A stretch of 64,000 bases of DNA from Candidatus Harrisonbacteria bacterium (GCA_016214655.1 JACROC010000007.1:130647-194646), one strand, 5' to 3'; shown: positions 8,387-18,273, numbered from the stretch's first letter. The notes: generated from the sequence alone by a model not told the origin. Made by a program: numbers and translations.

Positions 8387-10213
8387 TTATCCTTGTGCAG
8401 GAGGCTCCTTGTGGCCATTTCCATTCTTTAATCCATTTTGGATAAGACCAGCAAGTAGAACGTTGACGAGAGAGTTTCCCCCATCGCCATTGCCTGTTCC
8501 GCCAGCCATGATGTCCGGCACCAGTTTGATTTTGTTGTCAGCCAGCGCCCGTCCAACTTCCATAATGGCATAATTACTTTGGCCTACGGCATTAGTTTTC
8601 TTTTGGATAACTTCCGCTTCGGCCGTACCGACAGCGGTAGTTTTTTCAGCTTGAGCTTTACCGACAACGGTCAGAACTTCAGCATCAGCTTTAGCGTTAA
8701 CGGTTTTTGACGCTGCTTCACCTTCGGCCTGTTTGACTGCGGCTTGAGCAGTGAACTCGGCGATTGCCACGCTGCGTTCAGCATCAACGACTTTAGCTTG
8801 AGTAGCCGCTTGGGCTTTTGCCTGTTCTAATTCTTTGCGGGTTACCTCTGCGAGTCTTTGAGTTTCGTAAGTAACTTTTTCCTGCTCAGCCAGTTTTCTA
8901 TCGGTAAGTGTTTTCATCAGTTCGGCCGGAGGCACGATATCGCCGATAAGCGTATTCACTGCCCCGACGTTATATTCTTGAAGCGCTTCCGAGATACTCT
9001 TTCTGGCATCTTCCTGCCGTTGTCTTCGCGCTTTTAGGAATTCAATGACATCCGAACTCTGGGCGGCATTCCGGAAATAGTTTCCGATCGTTGGCTCCAG
9101 AACTTGAGTTACCAGATTTGCCACATTACCGAACCGCGCAATCACTAATGGCGCGTCATTCCGGGGAATATGAATTATCTGGCTGACGTCCAGGTTGAAT
9201 GAAAAGCCATCTGAAGACCTGACTGTGATAGTCGAAAGTTTTTCGTCCAGCTTGTGGGATTCGGTTTTGCCGGTTGCCCAGTTAAGGACAACGTTGGCAG
9301 TAGGCACGCACTCCAATTTGTGGGTATAGGGATTAATCGGATATTTCCCTGGATCAAGGGGGTCGGCCCAGACGCCTTTTTGTCCCCTGCTTACCAAGTT
9401 GCCGTGCTTGAATTCTTTGCCGCTGACATCAACGCCTTCTGCGCCGACATAGGCGATTACCACACCGACGTGGGCAATGGGAACCGTAGTCATTTCCTTA
9501 AGTTCCACGGTGGCGAAACGCGGGTTGATGAAATATCGTCCGGCCAGCATGACTTGTTCCTGTAAGCCTTTAAATCCGCCATTATCCAGGAAGGCTTGTC
9601 CGTCCTGGAACATGTTATGATTTTGGATTTCTCCGCCGGCAATCTCGCCGGTCTTAAGCGACTTTCCTTCTTTAGTGGTGACAACTCCGACCATATTATC
9701 GTCGATTTCGAGGACCGATTCTTCGGTCACAGAGAAAAGCGCCGTGTTGATCCGGTATGTCCCCGGAGGGATAACCGTAATTTGCGGACCGCGCTCACCG
9801 CCATTCTGGAGAAACGTTCTGGCATCTTGAAATGAATTACAGTCTACCTTTTTTGCAAGAACGCGACCCGCTGCGAGCGGACGGCCGTCGCTGGATTCAA
9901 CCACGCCAATTTTACCCTCTTGAATAGTGGTAAATTTTTGCAGAGTGACCAGATATTGCCATGGCCACAGCCAAAAGTGTACTCCTGGCGCGAGTGTATC
10001 TGCCTGGAGGCCAGCTTCGCCGTTTAAGGCGACGATAGCTCCATCGGGCAGAGTCCGGTTTTTGCCGATGATTACGAACTTCTTATTCACAACGCCCAAA
10101 GAGTCCTCGGGAATCAATACCACTCCGAATACGCGAAGCACCAATTTATAGCCAAATAAAAGCGCTACGATTGGTAATAGCCACAATAGACGCATTAATG
10201 TCTCTACGTTCAT
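8387..10213 (-). CDS. Flotillin-like SPFH/band-7 domain membrane protein (YqiK-like)
   Basis: N-terminal TM. SPFH-like core. Long Ala/Glu/Lys/Gln-rich coiled-coil segment (AEQEKV...AKAQAATQAKV...) typical of flotillins. AAAGGAGGTG RBS. Confidence 0.7.
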   Translation of the reverse strand: MNVETLMRLLWLLPIVALLFGYKLVLRVFGVVLIPEDSLGVVNKKFVIIGKNRTLPDGAIVALNGEAGLQADTLAPGVHFWLWPWQYLVTLQKFTTIQEGKIGVVESSDGRPLAAGRVLAKKVDCNSFQDARTFLQNGGERGPQITVIPPGTYRINTALFSVTEESVLEIDDNMVGVVTTKEGKSLKTGEIAGGEIQNHNMFQDGQAFLDNGGFKGLQEQVMLAGRYFINPRFATVELKEMTTVPIAHVGVVIAYVGAEGVDVSGKEFKHGNLVSRGQKGVWADPLDPGKYPINPYTHKLECVPTANVVLNWATGKTESHKLDEKLSTITVRSSDGFSFNLDVSQIIHIPRNDAPLVIARFGNVANLVTQVLEPTIGNYFRNAAQSSDVIEFLKARRQRQEDARKSISEALQEYNVGAVNTLIGDIVPPAELMKTLTDRKLAEQEKVTYETQRLAEVTRKELEQAKAQAATQAKVVDAERSVAIAEFTAQAAVKQAEGEAASKTVNAKADAEVLTVVGKAQAEKTTAVGTAEAEVIQKKTNAVGQSNYAIMEVGRALADNKIKLVPDIMAGGTGNGDGGNSLVNVLLAGLIQNGLKNGNGHKEPPAQG

Positions 10214-10334
10214 TTACCAACACCTCCTTTCCGTTTTTAGTTGTCGTGGCCAAAACAATCCGGCCACGAGCTTGTTGGAGAATACCATATCTATTTATTT
10301 AAGTCAATAAATTTTAAAGTCTTTACAAATACAG

Positions 10335-10700
10335 ATGGCGATATTACACTTTTATCATATGAAACATTTAACAGAAAAAGATTTACAGGCACTTAAAGAA
10401 CAATTAGAAAAAGAAGCCGGTGAGTTGGAGGCGCAGTTGACGGCAGCTAAAAAGGGTTCGGATTTCGGAAACGATGTGGAATCTGATTTTTCCGAAGAAG
10501 CGGATGAAGCTGAAGAGTTTGCGGCCAACCTAGGCATGCAAGATTCTCTTAAAGGCAGGATGCAAGATATTGAAAATGCCTTGGATAAAATGCTTCGCGG
10601 TGAATACGGGAAATGCGAGAAATGCGGGATGGATATTCCGATGGAAGTCCTGAAAGTGAATCCGGAATCGAGATTGTGTAAGGATTGCAAAGTAAAATAA
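10335..10700 (+). CDS. DksA/TraR-family C4-type zinc-finger protein
   Basis: C-terminal CEKCGMDIP...RLCKDC four-Cys finger preceded by a coiled-coil and acidic region. Start may be the internal M at 10359. Confidence 0.65.
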   Translation: MAILHFYHMKHLTEKDLQALKEQLEKEAGELEAQLTAAKKGSDFGNDVESDFSEEADEAEEFAANLGMQDSLKGRMQDIENALDKMLRGEYGKCEKCGMDIPMEVLKVNPESRLCKDCKVK

Positions 10701-10804
10701 TCAACGCGATCCAAAACTACAAATGCATACGAATCTACAAATATGAAAAAATTTTCGTAGATTCGGATCAATTCGCAGTTTCGTATCGGTTAAAGCGTAA
10801 GCAT

Positions 10805-12343
10805 ATGAATTTATCTAAAGTCTACTCTGCCGCGATTGAAGGCATAGAAGCAAAGCTAATAGAAATTGAGACCGACGTAAACGTCGGTCTTCATAGTTTT
10901 ACTATCGTCGGGTTGGCGGATAAATCACTTTCCGAGGCAAAAGAGCGGGTGAGCTCGGCGCTGAAAAACAGCGGCGTTAAGCCGCCGACCAAAGAAAATC
11001 GTAAAATATTGGTGAATTTGGCCCCGGCGGATTTAAAAAAGACCGGTTCGCAATATGATTTAGGAATTGCCATTGGTTATCTTTTGGCTACTAAGCAGTT
11101 AAAAGAATTTAACACCAAAGATAAAATTTTTGCCGGTGAATTGGCGCTGGATGGCGCGCTTCGTCCGGTAAGCGGAGTTTTGAATATTTCGCGAATGGCT
11201 AAAACGGAAAAGTTTAAGGAAGTTTTCGTGCCGAAAGAAAATGCCGCAGAAGCGGCAATTATTGACGGCGTAAAAGTTATTCCAGTTGGCAGTTTATCGG
11301 ATTTAATCAATCACCTGGAAGACAGAAGGATTATTGATTTACAGCCCAAAACTGAAATTGAGCCGTCGCTTTCTTCCGAGCATCAATTGGTGGATATTAC
11401 CGACATTAAAGGACAGGAGAATGCAAAACGCGCCCTAATGATTGCTGCGGCTGGAGGGCATAATTTATTGATGCAGGGAACTCCGGGTGCCGGAAAAACT
11501 ATGCTGGCGCAGGCTTTAGTTTCCATTCTGCCGCCGCCGAGCTTGGGAGAAATTATTGAGGTGACGCAGATTTATAGCTCTGCCGGATTACTTAAAGGAA
11601 ATTCTTTTATAAATTGGCGGCCATTTCGTTCGCCGCACCAAACTGCTTCGCCAGTTGCAGTTATCGGCGGAGGACAAAATCCAAAGCCGGGAGAAATAAG
11701 TTTAGCGCACCGCGGAGTTTTATTTCTGGATGAGTTGCCGGAATTCCGGCGAGATTTATTGGAAGCCCTCCGTCAGCCGATGGAAAGCGGCAAAGCGATA
11801 ATTTCTAGAATCAGGAATAATTTAGTTTTTCCGGCGAAATTTATTCTGGTGGCCGCGATGAATCCGTGTCCGTGCGGTTATTATGGCGATGAGGAAAAAG
11901 AATGCCGCTGTGGCGCCTACGAGGTAATTCGGTATCAGAAGAAAGTTTCCGGCCCGCTCCTGGATCGGATTGATCTTCAAATTAATGTTCCGCGGGTGAA
12001 GATTGAGCATCTGCAGAATAAAAATCGCGATCAAAAATCAGCAGGAGAAATGCGGGAAAAAATTCTGGCCGCCCGAGAACTTCAAGCCGCCAGATTCGCT
12101 CAATGGAAAGGGATTCTTACTAATTCGGAGATGACCTCTAAGATGTGCGATGAATCAATAGAGTTAGATAAAGCATCCAATCAATTTTTAAAGGATATTT
12201 TTGAAAAATCGCTTATTTCCGCCCGGGGATATTATCGGATTTTGAAAACTGCCCGGACTATCGCTGATTTAGAGAATTCAAATAATGTCAGAGAGGATCA
12301 CTTAGCGGAAGCGTTTCAGTACCGACTTCGGGAAAGCAATTAA
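10805..12343 (+). CDS. YifB/ComM-family Mg-chelatase-like AAA+ ATPase
   Basis: Lon-like N-terminus, Walker A GTPGAGKTMLAQ, ChlI-type motifs, C-terminal Cys cluster CPCGYYGDEEKECRCG. Start placed at MNLSKVYSAAIEGIEA. Confidence 0.8.
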   Translation: MNLSKVYSAAIEGIEAKLIEIETDVNVGLHSFTIVGLADKSLSEAKERVSSALKNSGVKPPTKENRKILVNLAPADLKKTGSQYDLGIAIGYLLATKQLKEFNTKDKIFAGELALDGALRPVSGVLNISRMAKTEKFKEVFVPKENAAEAAIIDGVKVIPVGSLSDLINHLEDRRIIDLQPKTEIEPSLSSEHQLVDITDIKGQENAKRALMIAAAGGHNLLMQGTPGAGKTMLAQALVSILPPPSLGEIIEVTQIYSSAGLLKGNSFINWRPFRSPHQTASPVAVIGGGQNPKPGEISLAHRGVLFLDELPEFRRDLLEALRQPMESGKAIISRIRNNLVFPAKFILVAAMNPCPCGYYGDEEKECRCGAYEVIRYQKKVSGPLLDRIDLQINVPRVKIEHLQNKNRDQKSAGEMREKILAARELQAARFAQWKGILTNSEMTSKMCDESIELDKASNQFLKDIFEKSLISARGYYRILKTARTIADLENSNNVREDHLAEAFQYRLRESN

Positions 12344-12372
12344 AAATATCCGCCTTGGCGGATATTTTTATT
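12341..12372. terminator. Bidirectional terminator
   Basis: Hairpin atatccgccttggcggatat flanked by an A-run and T-run, between convergent genes. Confidence 0.6.
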
Positions 12373-13591
12373 GAACAAGAGAACTGAGAATTTTCTTTAG
12401 GCCGTTGTAAGAGGTGCTGATTATTAGTTTGTCACCAGACCAGGCAAAGTTGAGTCCGGCGCCTTTTTTGGGATAAGTCAGGTAGCGGGTAGTTGCACCG
12501 TTTGCTTGCCCTTCTTTAAATCCGGCAGCCGGTGTTCCGGGCGAGGTGAGGAAAAGATTAACCAGGTTAGGAGAAGATTCTAATGAGGAAATTACGGCTT
12601 GCACTTCAGATTGGTTGGTTCCTAATCTAAGTCTTAATATGTAGGCCGGCCATATGCCATTGGCATCATAATAAAGCGCAGTAGTAAAATCTTCATCAAA
12701 ATTACTGGCTACGATTCCAGGTGTCAGTTCCGGCAATAATAAAGATAACGTCATTGAGGCTGGTATTTGTCCGTCGGCATCGCTTAAGGTAACCTCCGTT
12801 AGTGATCCGGATGGCAGAGATTTTAAGGCTTCTTGTCGTAAGGCGGCTGTTAAAGAATTTAAGTCAACATTAGCTAGGGATGCCGGTGAAATTGAGTCAG
12901 AAGTTTTCAGGAAAGTCTGGTGCGGTTTTAATGTTGGAGTTGGCTGAGGGACTGGTTCGGTAATTGGCAGTGATTCTTCGATTGGTTCTGGGGTGCCTTC
13001 TGGAATGGTAGCAATCGGAATTTCGGTAACAGGTGGTTGCTCGGTTACTGTTTTTGGCGCCGATGCTGGTCCCCCAAACAGGAACGGGAAAATGTAGAAA
13101 TATCCCAGAAAACCGAATCCGGCTATGACTAAAGCTGAACTGGACCATACCAATATTTTTTTAATTCCTCCTTTTTTGGATTCTTCTTCAATAATTGGCG
13201 GCGCGCCATAAGCTTTTAGTTCTTCTATGCGCGGGAGTTCGGTTCTTTGCGGCTCTCCGAATTTTGCCGAGGGGATTCTCGGCGGCATAGGCGGCAGAGG
13301 CGGAGGAGCGGCTGGCACCTGATACATTTCTTTTTTGAGTTCCGGCGGAGTAAATGGTTTGGGAGCAACATAAGTCCCGCCACTTTCTTTAAGCGATTCA
13401 AGGTCTGATGTCATAGTGCGAAGGACAATTTCTGGTGGCGGAGGCGGCAGTGGTTTTTGGCGCTCCGGTGGTGGCGGAGGCGGTGGTGAAGGCGGCATAG
13501 GAGGAATGGGCCGCGGAGGCGCTGCGGGCTCGGTCGGTTCTGAAGGAAAACTAGCCGGCGGAGTCAATTGTTTTTCATCGGGATCCATTTT
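12368..13591 (-). CDS. Proline-rich membrane-anchored hypothetical protein
   Basis: N-terminal poly-Pro tracts (PPRPIPPMPPSPPPPPPP), one TM helix, Ser/Thr/Pro-rich extracellular region. Start at MDPDEK; an upstream in-frame M at 13642 is also possible. Confidence 0.5.
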   Translation of the reverse strand, partial: KMDPDEKQLTPPASFPSEPTEPAAPPRPIPPMPPSPPPPPPPERQKPLPPPPPEIVLRTMTSDLESLKESGGTYVAPKPFTPPELKKEMYQVPAAPPPLPPMPPRIPSAKFGEPQRTELPRIEELKAYGAPPIIEEESKKGGIKKILVWSSSALVIAGFGFLGYFYIFPFLFGGPASAPKTVTEQPPVTEIPIATIPEGTPEPIEESLPITEPVPQPTPTLKPHQTFLKTSDSISPASLANVDLNSLTAALRQEALKSLPSGSLTEVTLSDADGQIPASMTLSLLLPELTPGIVASNFDEDFTTALYYDANGIWPAYILRLRLGTNQSEVQAVISSLESSPNLVNLFLTSPGTPAAGFKEGQANGATTRYLTYPKKGAGLNFAWSGDKLIISTSYNGLKKILSSLVQ

Positions 13592-13647
13592 TTTATTATA
13601 GCATATCCGAATTTTTGGCTTAAAATAAAGAAAAAGACTCAAACGTA

Positions 13648-14040
13648 TTAGTTTGAGTCTGTGGTTGATCGGTCTGGCGCTACCAGAGAAAATTTTTCTA
13701 TGACGATTCTTTCTATTTCTTCAATGGAATAGTGGGGCTCAATTTTGATGACCGGAACGGAGTTGCCGTACTTTTCAAGATGCTGCCTGACGCCGGTATC
13801 GGAACTTTTTACCTGGAACCAAATTTTTGAGCGGTTGGGAAGTATGATAAGTATGTCCCATTTCCTTACCCGATCATTAAAATCGTTATGCTTACTCCTG
13901 CCAGCATCGGCGACATAACCTTTTTCTTTCAAGGATTGGCAGGCCCGGAAAGTTTTTCCCTCGGTGATGTTTCCGCGTTCTATTTGGAGTCTCCTGACTA
14001 TACTAAGAATTCTCAATCGGCGTTGGCGCCATTTGCGCAT
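13648..14040 (-). CDS. Hypothetical small basic protein, possibly with a PD-(D/E)xK-like fold
   Basis: Segment KWDILIILPN...IWFQVKSS resembles the D...(E/Q)xK pattern of the YraN protein at 39516 (ELDIIAKDPEGTLVFVEVKA). Family assignment is speculative. Confidence 0.35.
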   Translation of the reverse strand: MRKWRQRRLRILSIVRRLQIERGNITEGKTFRACQSLKEKGYVADAGRSKHNDFNDRVRKWDILIILPNRSKIWFQVKSSDTGVRQHLEKYGNSVPVIKIEPHYSIEEIERIVIEKFSLVAPDRSTTDSN

Positions 14041-14101
14041 CTGGCGGCCTCCATTTAGAAAACTCTTAAGATGATATTATATTTTTATAAATTAGTCAAC
14101 C

Positions 14102-16210
14102 TTATTTACTTAATTGTTTGATTGAAAGACCAACTTTGCCGTTTTCCATTTTTACGATTTTTGCCCTGACAAAATCACCTAATTTTAAGACATCTTCTAC
14201 CTTTTTGACGTAGCCGTCTTTTAATTCGGATACATGAATCATGCCGTCTTTGCCGGGACTGAATTCAACTATGGCTCCGAATTCTAAAATTTTTATCACC
14301 GTCCCCTCTACTATGTCGCCAACTTTATATTCTTTGGCGATTCCTAAAACCTGATCGTAAGCTTTTTGGGCCGTATCTTTATCTGTGGCGGTAATGAAAA
14401 CTCTGCCGTCATCTTCTATGTCTATTGAAGTTACGCCAGTGGCTTCAATTATTGCATTGATTACTTTGCCTCCCGGACCGATGACCTCGCCGATAAGTTC
14501 CGGATTAATCTGCAGACTAAGAATTCTCGGAGCAAAGGCGGAAAGTTCAGCTCTTGGTTCTGGTAAAGCTTTAACTATAGTTTCTAAAATGTGCAACCGA
14601 GCTTCTTTGGCTTGAGCCAGGGTTTTGCTGAGCATTTCAGGGGTGACGCCAAGAATTTTTACATCCATTTGGATAGCGGTGACGCCATTTTTAGTGCCGG
14701 CCGCTTTAAAATCCATATCGCCGTGGTGGTCTTCCGGTCCTTGGATATCGGTCAGAACTTTAAAATCCTCCCCCTTTTTATCTAATATCAATCCCATGGC
14801 AATTCCGGCCGCCGGTCCTTTAATCGGCACTCCGGCGTCCATTAAGGATAAGCTGCCGGCGCAAACCGATGCCATTGAAGATGAGCCGTTAGACGATAAA
14901 ATTTCGGAAACTAATCTGATGGTGTACGGAAATTTATCTTGCGTGGGTATCAGGGCGCGCAGAGCTTTTTCTGCCAATGCGCCATGGCCGATTTCTCTTC
15001 TGCCAGGCCCCCTCATTGCGCCGACTTCTCCGGTAGAAAATGGCGGGAAATTATAGTGGAGCATAAACCGGCGCTTGCCGGAAAATTCAATAGTATCTAC
15101 TAACTGTTGGTCGCCTGGGGCGCCAAGAGTGGTAAGCGCCAGGGATTGGGTATTGCCGCGGACAAAGAGCGCTGAGCCGTGGACTCGTTTTAACAACCCC
15201 ACTTCGGCATAAAGATCCCGGACTTGATTTAGTTTGCGGCCATCCGGGCGTTTTTCTTCCGCAAGGATTTTTTCATGGAGTAATTCGTCAATTTCTTTAT
15301 CAAAAAGAGTTTCAGCACCGGCAATGTCTTTTTCCGAGTAATCTTTTTCAGCTAGAGCAGTCTTCATTTTACCCTTTAAGGATTCCAGATTTTCTTGCCT
15401 TTCTACCTTGGTTTGGGTATAGAGCGCAGACTCCAGTTTATTTTTCAAAAATTCTTTTACAAATTTTACGATTTCCTGATTGGGTTCAGCTAAATCAACT
15501 TTTTCTTTTTCTTTGCCAGTTTCTTTAATCATATTTTTTTGGAAATTTACCAGGCTAGCAATTTCTTTTTGCGCCATTTCAAAAGCGGCTACTACATCTT
15601 TTTCATTGGCTTCATCTCCGCCAAGTTCAACCATGTTGATCCGGCTGTTAGTGCCGGCAATTAAAGTTTCAAATTCTATTTCTTTATCTTTGAACTCGCT
15701 GGTTTTTGGATTAAGAAGCAGAGCTGGATCATTTTTCAATTTTACTATTTTTACTCCTGCCACCGGACCGTTCCAGGGGATAGAAGAAATCGCCAGCGCA
15801 GCGGAACTGGACAGCAGGCTGATAAAATCTAAATCATTTTCGCCGTCAAAAGATAGGACAGTTATTACCACTTGAACTTCCCTTCTGGTTGCCTGATTAA
15901 ATAATGGCCGTATAGTCCGGTCAACAATGCGGCCGGTCAGAATCGCCTCATCTGAAGACTTTCCTTCACGGCGCATAAAGCGGCTCCCGAGGATTTTCCC
16001 GGCCGCATAAAATTTTTCTTCATAGTTGACCATCAGCGGAAAATAATCTCCATCTTTATCTTCTTTGCTCATGACTGCGGTTGCAAGGACGGTGGTGTCT
16101 CCATAAGTTCCGATCACGGCGGCATTGGCCTGTTCGGCAATGCGGGAAACTTCCAAAGTCAGCGGTTTGCCAGCGAATTCCATTTTAAATTGTTTTCTTT
16201 GTAAATCCAT
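14102..16210 (-). CDS. pnp: Polyribonucleotide nucleotidyltransferase (PNPase)
   Basis: Two RNase PH-like domains, KH and C-terminal S1 domain. Classical rpsO-pnp arrangement. Confidence 0.9.
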   Translation of the reverse strand: MDLQRKQFKMEFAGKPLTLEVSRIAEQANAAVIGTYGDTTVLATAVMSKEDKDGDYFPLMVNYEEKFYAAGKILGSRFMRREGKSSDEAILTGRIVDRTIRPLFNQATRREVQVVITVLSFDGENDLDFISLLSSSAALAISSIPWNGPVAGVKIVKLKNDPALLLNPKTSEFKDKEIEFETLIAGTNSRINMVELGGDEANEKDVVAAFEMAQKEIASLVNFQKNMIKETGKEKEKVDLAEPNQEIVKFVKEFLKNKLESALYTQTKVERQENLESLKGKMKTALAEKDYSEKDIAGAETLFDKEIDELLHEKILAEEKRPDGRKLNQVRDLYAEVGLLKRVHGSALFVRGNTQSLALTTLGAPGDQQLVDTIEFSGKRRFMLHYNFPPFSTGEVGAMRGPGRREIGHGALAEKALRALIPTQDKFPYTIRLVSEILSSNGSSSMASVCAGSLSLMDAGVPIKGPAAGIAMGLILDKKGEDFKVLTDIQGPEDHHGDMDFKAAGTKNGVTAIQMDVKILGVTPEMLSKTLAQAKEARLHILETIVKALPEPRAELSAFAPRILSLQINPELIGEVIGPGGKVINAIIEATGVTSIDIEDDGRVFITATDKDTAQKAYDQVLGIAKEYKVGDIVEGTVIKILEFGAIVEFSPGKDGMIHVSELKDGYVKKVEDVLKLGDFVRAKIVKMENGKVGLSIKQLSK

Positions 16211-16318
16211 AAACTATGATACTAATATACTAATTCTACTAATGATACGAATAATACTAATTCTTTTTTATATTCGTATGATTGGTATCATTCGCATGCA
16301 TTCGTATATTGGTATCGC
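16205..16318 (-). repeat. AT-rich roughly 105-nt intergenic repeat, copy 1 (immediately upstream of pnp)
   Basis: Its reverse complement matches the copies at 46665-46760 and 56889-56992 (gcgataccaatatac.aatgcatgcgaatgatac ... attcgtatcattagta.aatt.gtatattagtatcatag). Contains internal direct sub-repeats ataccaata and attcgtat. Confidence 0.8.
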
Positions 16319-16319
16319 A

Positions 16320-16820
16320 TTACTTTTTTAATAATACTCTTGGCAATTTTTCTAAATCTACGAATTCGTCGGCCGCTTCCTTTATTTTGGCAGAAGTACT
16401 TCGGCCAAAAGCGGCGACTTCTACTGTCCGTCCGGCGCCCCATTTTAGATATTCTACCAGCGGTACAAAATCACCATCGCCGGTCACTAAGATGACTACG
16501 TCCAGGAGATTGGACATCCGAATGGCGTCTACTGCCATACCCACGTCCCAGTCGGCTTTTTTCATGCCGCCGGCGAAAATTTGTAAATCTTTACTTCTTA
16601 ACTCCAGCCCGCTTTTTATCAAAGCATCAAAAAATGCCGCTTCCCCTTCGGCGGTTTCACTTTTAACTACATAAGCGATGGCCGTAATTAATTTTCGGCC
16701 GCTAACCAATTCTTTTAAGAGTTCTTTATAGTTGACTCTGGCGTGGTATAAATTTTTTGCCGAGTGATAGAGATTTTGTATATCAATAAAAATACCAACT
16801 CGCTGATCCCTTCTTTTCAA
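16320..16820 (-). CDS. NYN/LabA-like (PIN-fold) domain protein
   Basis: VGIFIDIQNLYH N-terminus and LVTGDGDFVPLV motif typical of NYN/DUF88 proteins. Inserted between rpsO and pnp. Confidence 0.7.
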   Translation of the reverse strand: MKRRDQRVGIFIDIQNLYHSAKNLYHARVNYKELLKELVSGRKLITAIAYVVKSETAEGEAAFFDALIKSGLELRSKDLQIFAGGMKKADWDVGMAVDAIRMSNLLDVVILVTGDGDFVPLVEYLKWGAGRTVEVAAFGRSTSAKIKEAADEFVDLEKLPRVLLKK

Positions 16821-16837
16821 TTAATTTGCGCAGAACG

Positions 16838-16925
16838 CAAACGATGCGAACATATACGGATGCTGCTAATAATTTATTTTATTCGCGGCATTCGCATACA
16901 TTCGTAGGTTTGCATTATGCTTTAT
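16838..16925 (-). repeat. Degenerate partial copy of the AT-rich repeat (upstream of the NYN gene)
   Basis: Reverse complement contains acgaatgtatgcgaatgccgcgaata, matching the 5' core tac.aatgcatgcgaatgataccaata of the repeat family. Confidence 0.5.
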
Positions 16926-17192
16926 TTATTTTTTCAATCCCAACCTTTTAATTAAAGTATTATAGGATTTGTTATCTGTTTTTGAAAGATAATCCAATAA
17001 TCTTTTTCTTTTACCGACCATTTTTAATAATCCCCTGCGGGAAAGGTTGTCTTTGCGATGTTTTTTGAGATGAGCGGTTAATTCTTCGATTTGCTTGGTT
17101 AAAATCGCTACTTGAACTTGCGGAGAACCGGTATCGGTCTCGTGCTGACCATGCTCTTTTAGGACATTCAGTTTTTGTCTAGTAGTTAACAT
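16926..17192 (-). CDS. rpsO: 30S ribosomal protein S15
   Basis: MLTTRQK...GSPQVQVAILT...HRKDNLSRRGLLKMVGKRK is the characteristic S15 sequence. Start taken at the internal MLTT methionine. Confidence 0.9.
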   Translation of the reverse strand: MLTTRQKLNVLKEHGQHETDTGSPQVQVAILTKQIEELTAHLKKHRKDNLSRRGLLKMVGKRKRLLDYLSKTDNKSYNTLIKRLGLKK

Positions 17193-17274
17193 TGATTTAT
17201 ATATTACCTTACTTTTAAGAAAATTACAATAGCAATAACTGTCGCACAATATCTTTCCGGGGTATAATAAATTT

Positions 17275-18183
17275 ATGACAGAAATCGAAAAATTATTAAA
17301 AGAATATCTTGATTATCTGGAAATAGAAAAAAATCGTTCGCCGAAGACGCGGGAGAATTATGAGCGTTATCTAAGGGTTTTTATTAACTATTCAAAAGCT
17401 AAAAATGTAGAGGATATTACTACTGAACGGGTTAAAGAGTTTAGGGTGTATCTTGCCAGGCAAGAGGATTTAAAGAAAATTACCCAGACGTATTACGCGA
17501 TTGCTCTCCGGAATTTTTTAAAGTATTTAGTAAAAAATGATTATGATGTTTTGTCGCCGGATAAGATTGAACTCCCGAAGATTCCTAAGCGGCAGATTGA
17601 CATTATTGAGTATGCTGATTTGGAGAGATTTTTAAGCGCGCCGCTGCAAAATACGCTCCGAGGTTTGCGCGACCGCGCTATTTTGGAAACGTTTTTTTCC
17701 ACCGGACTCCGTATTTCCGAGCTTTGCAATCTAGACCGGTATATAAATTTGGACCGAGGGGAGGTATCGGTGCGCGGGAAAGGAGAAAAACTCCGAGTAG
17801 TGTTTTTATCTGACCGGGCGCGGGCGGCTCTTAAAAATTGGCTGGAAAAACGCACTGACACTTTAGAACATTTGTTTGTCAGTTTGTCCAAAAGCTCAAA
17901 GCTAAAAACTCAAAGCTCGCCCAAGGTAATCGGGAAAATTACTCCGCGCGCAGTGCAGCGGCTGGTGGAATTTTATCGCCGCAAAGCCGGCATTGCCAAG
18001 AAGATTACTCCCCACCAGATCCGGCATCAGTTCGCTACTGATTTATTGGTAAATGGCGCCGATCTCCGTTCGGTCCAGGAGCTTCTGGGGCATAGCAATA
18101 TTTCCACCACGCAGATTTATACTCACCTAACCAACAAAGAGCTTCGGGAGGTGCATAAATCGTTCCATGCCCGGAGACGATAG
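17275..18183 (+). CDS. Tyrosine site-specific recombinase, XerC/XerD family
   Basis: N-terminal SAM-like core-binding domain. C-terminal catalytic motifs R...HQFATDLL...LLGHSNISTTQIYTHL with the terminal Tyr. Confidence 0.8.
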   Translation: MTEIEKLLKEYLDYLEIEKNRSPKTRENYERYLRVFINYSKAKNVEDITTERVKEFRVYLARQEDLKKITQTYYAIALRNFLKYLVKNDYDVLSPDKIELPKIPKRQIDIIEYADLERFLSAPLQNTLRGLRDRAILETFFSTGLRISELCNLDRYINLDRGEVSVRGKGEKLRVVFLSDRARAALKNWLEKRTDTLEHLFVSLSKSSKLKTQSSPKVIGKITPRAVQRLVEFYRRKAGIAKKITPHQIRHQFATDLLVNGADLRSVQELLGHSNISTTQIYTHLTNKELREVHKSFHARRR

Positions 18184-18186
18184 CTA

Positions 18187-18215
18187 TTGACAGAAAATTT
18201 ATTATATGCTATATT
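18187..18215 (+). promoter_or_regulatory. Consensus sigma70-type promoter (TTGACA-17-TATATT)
   Basis: Exact -35 TTGACA, 17-nt spacer, -10 TATATT. Sits immediately after the recombinase stop and upstream of the small GC-rich ORF. Confidence 0.55.
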
Positions 18216-18273
18216 ATAAATATGATCAGGCCGATGCGTTTTGGTCTGACACAACAGTTCTTTGGGGGGTTAC

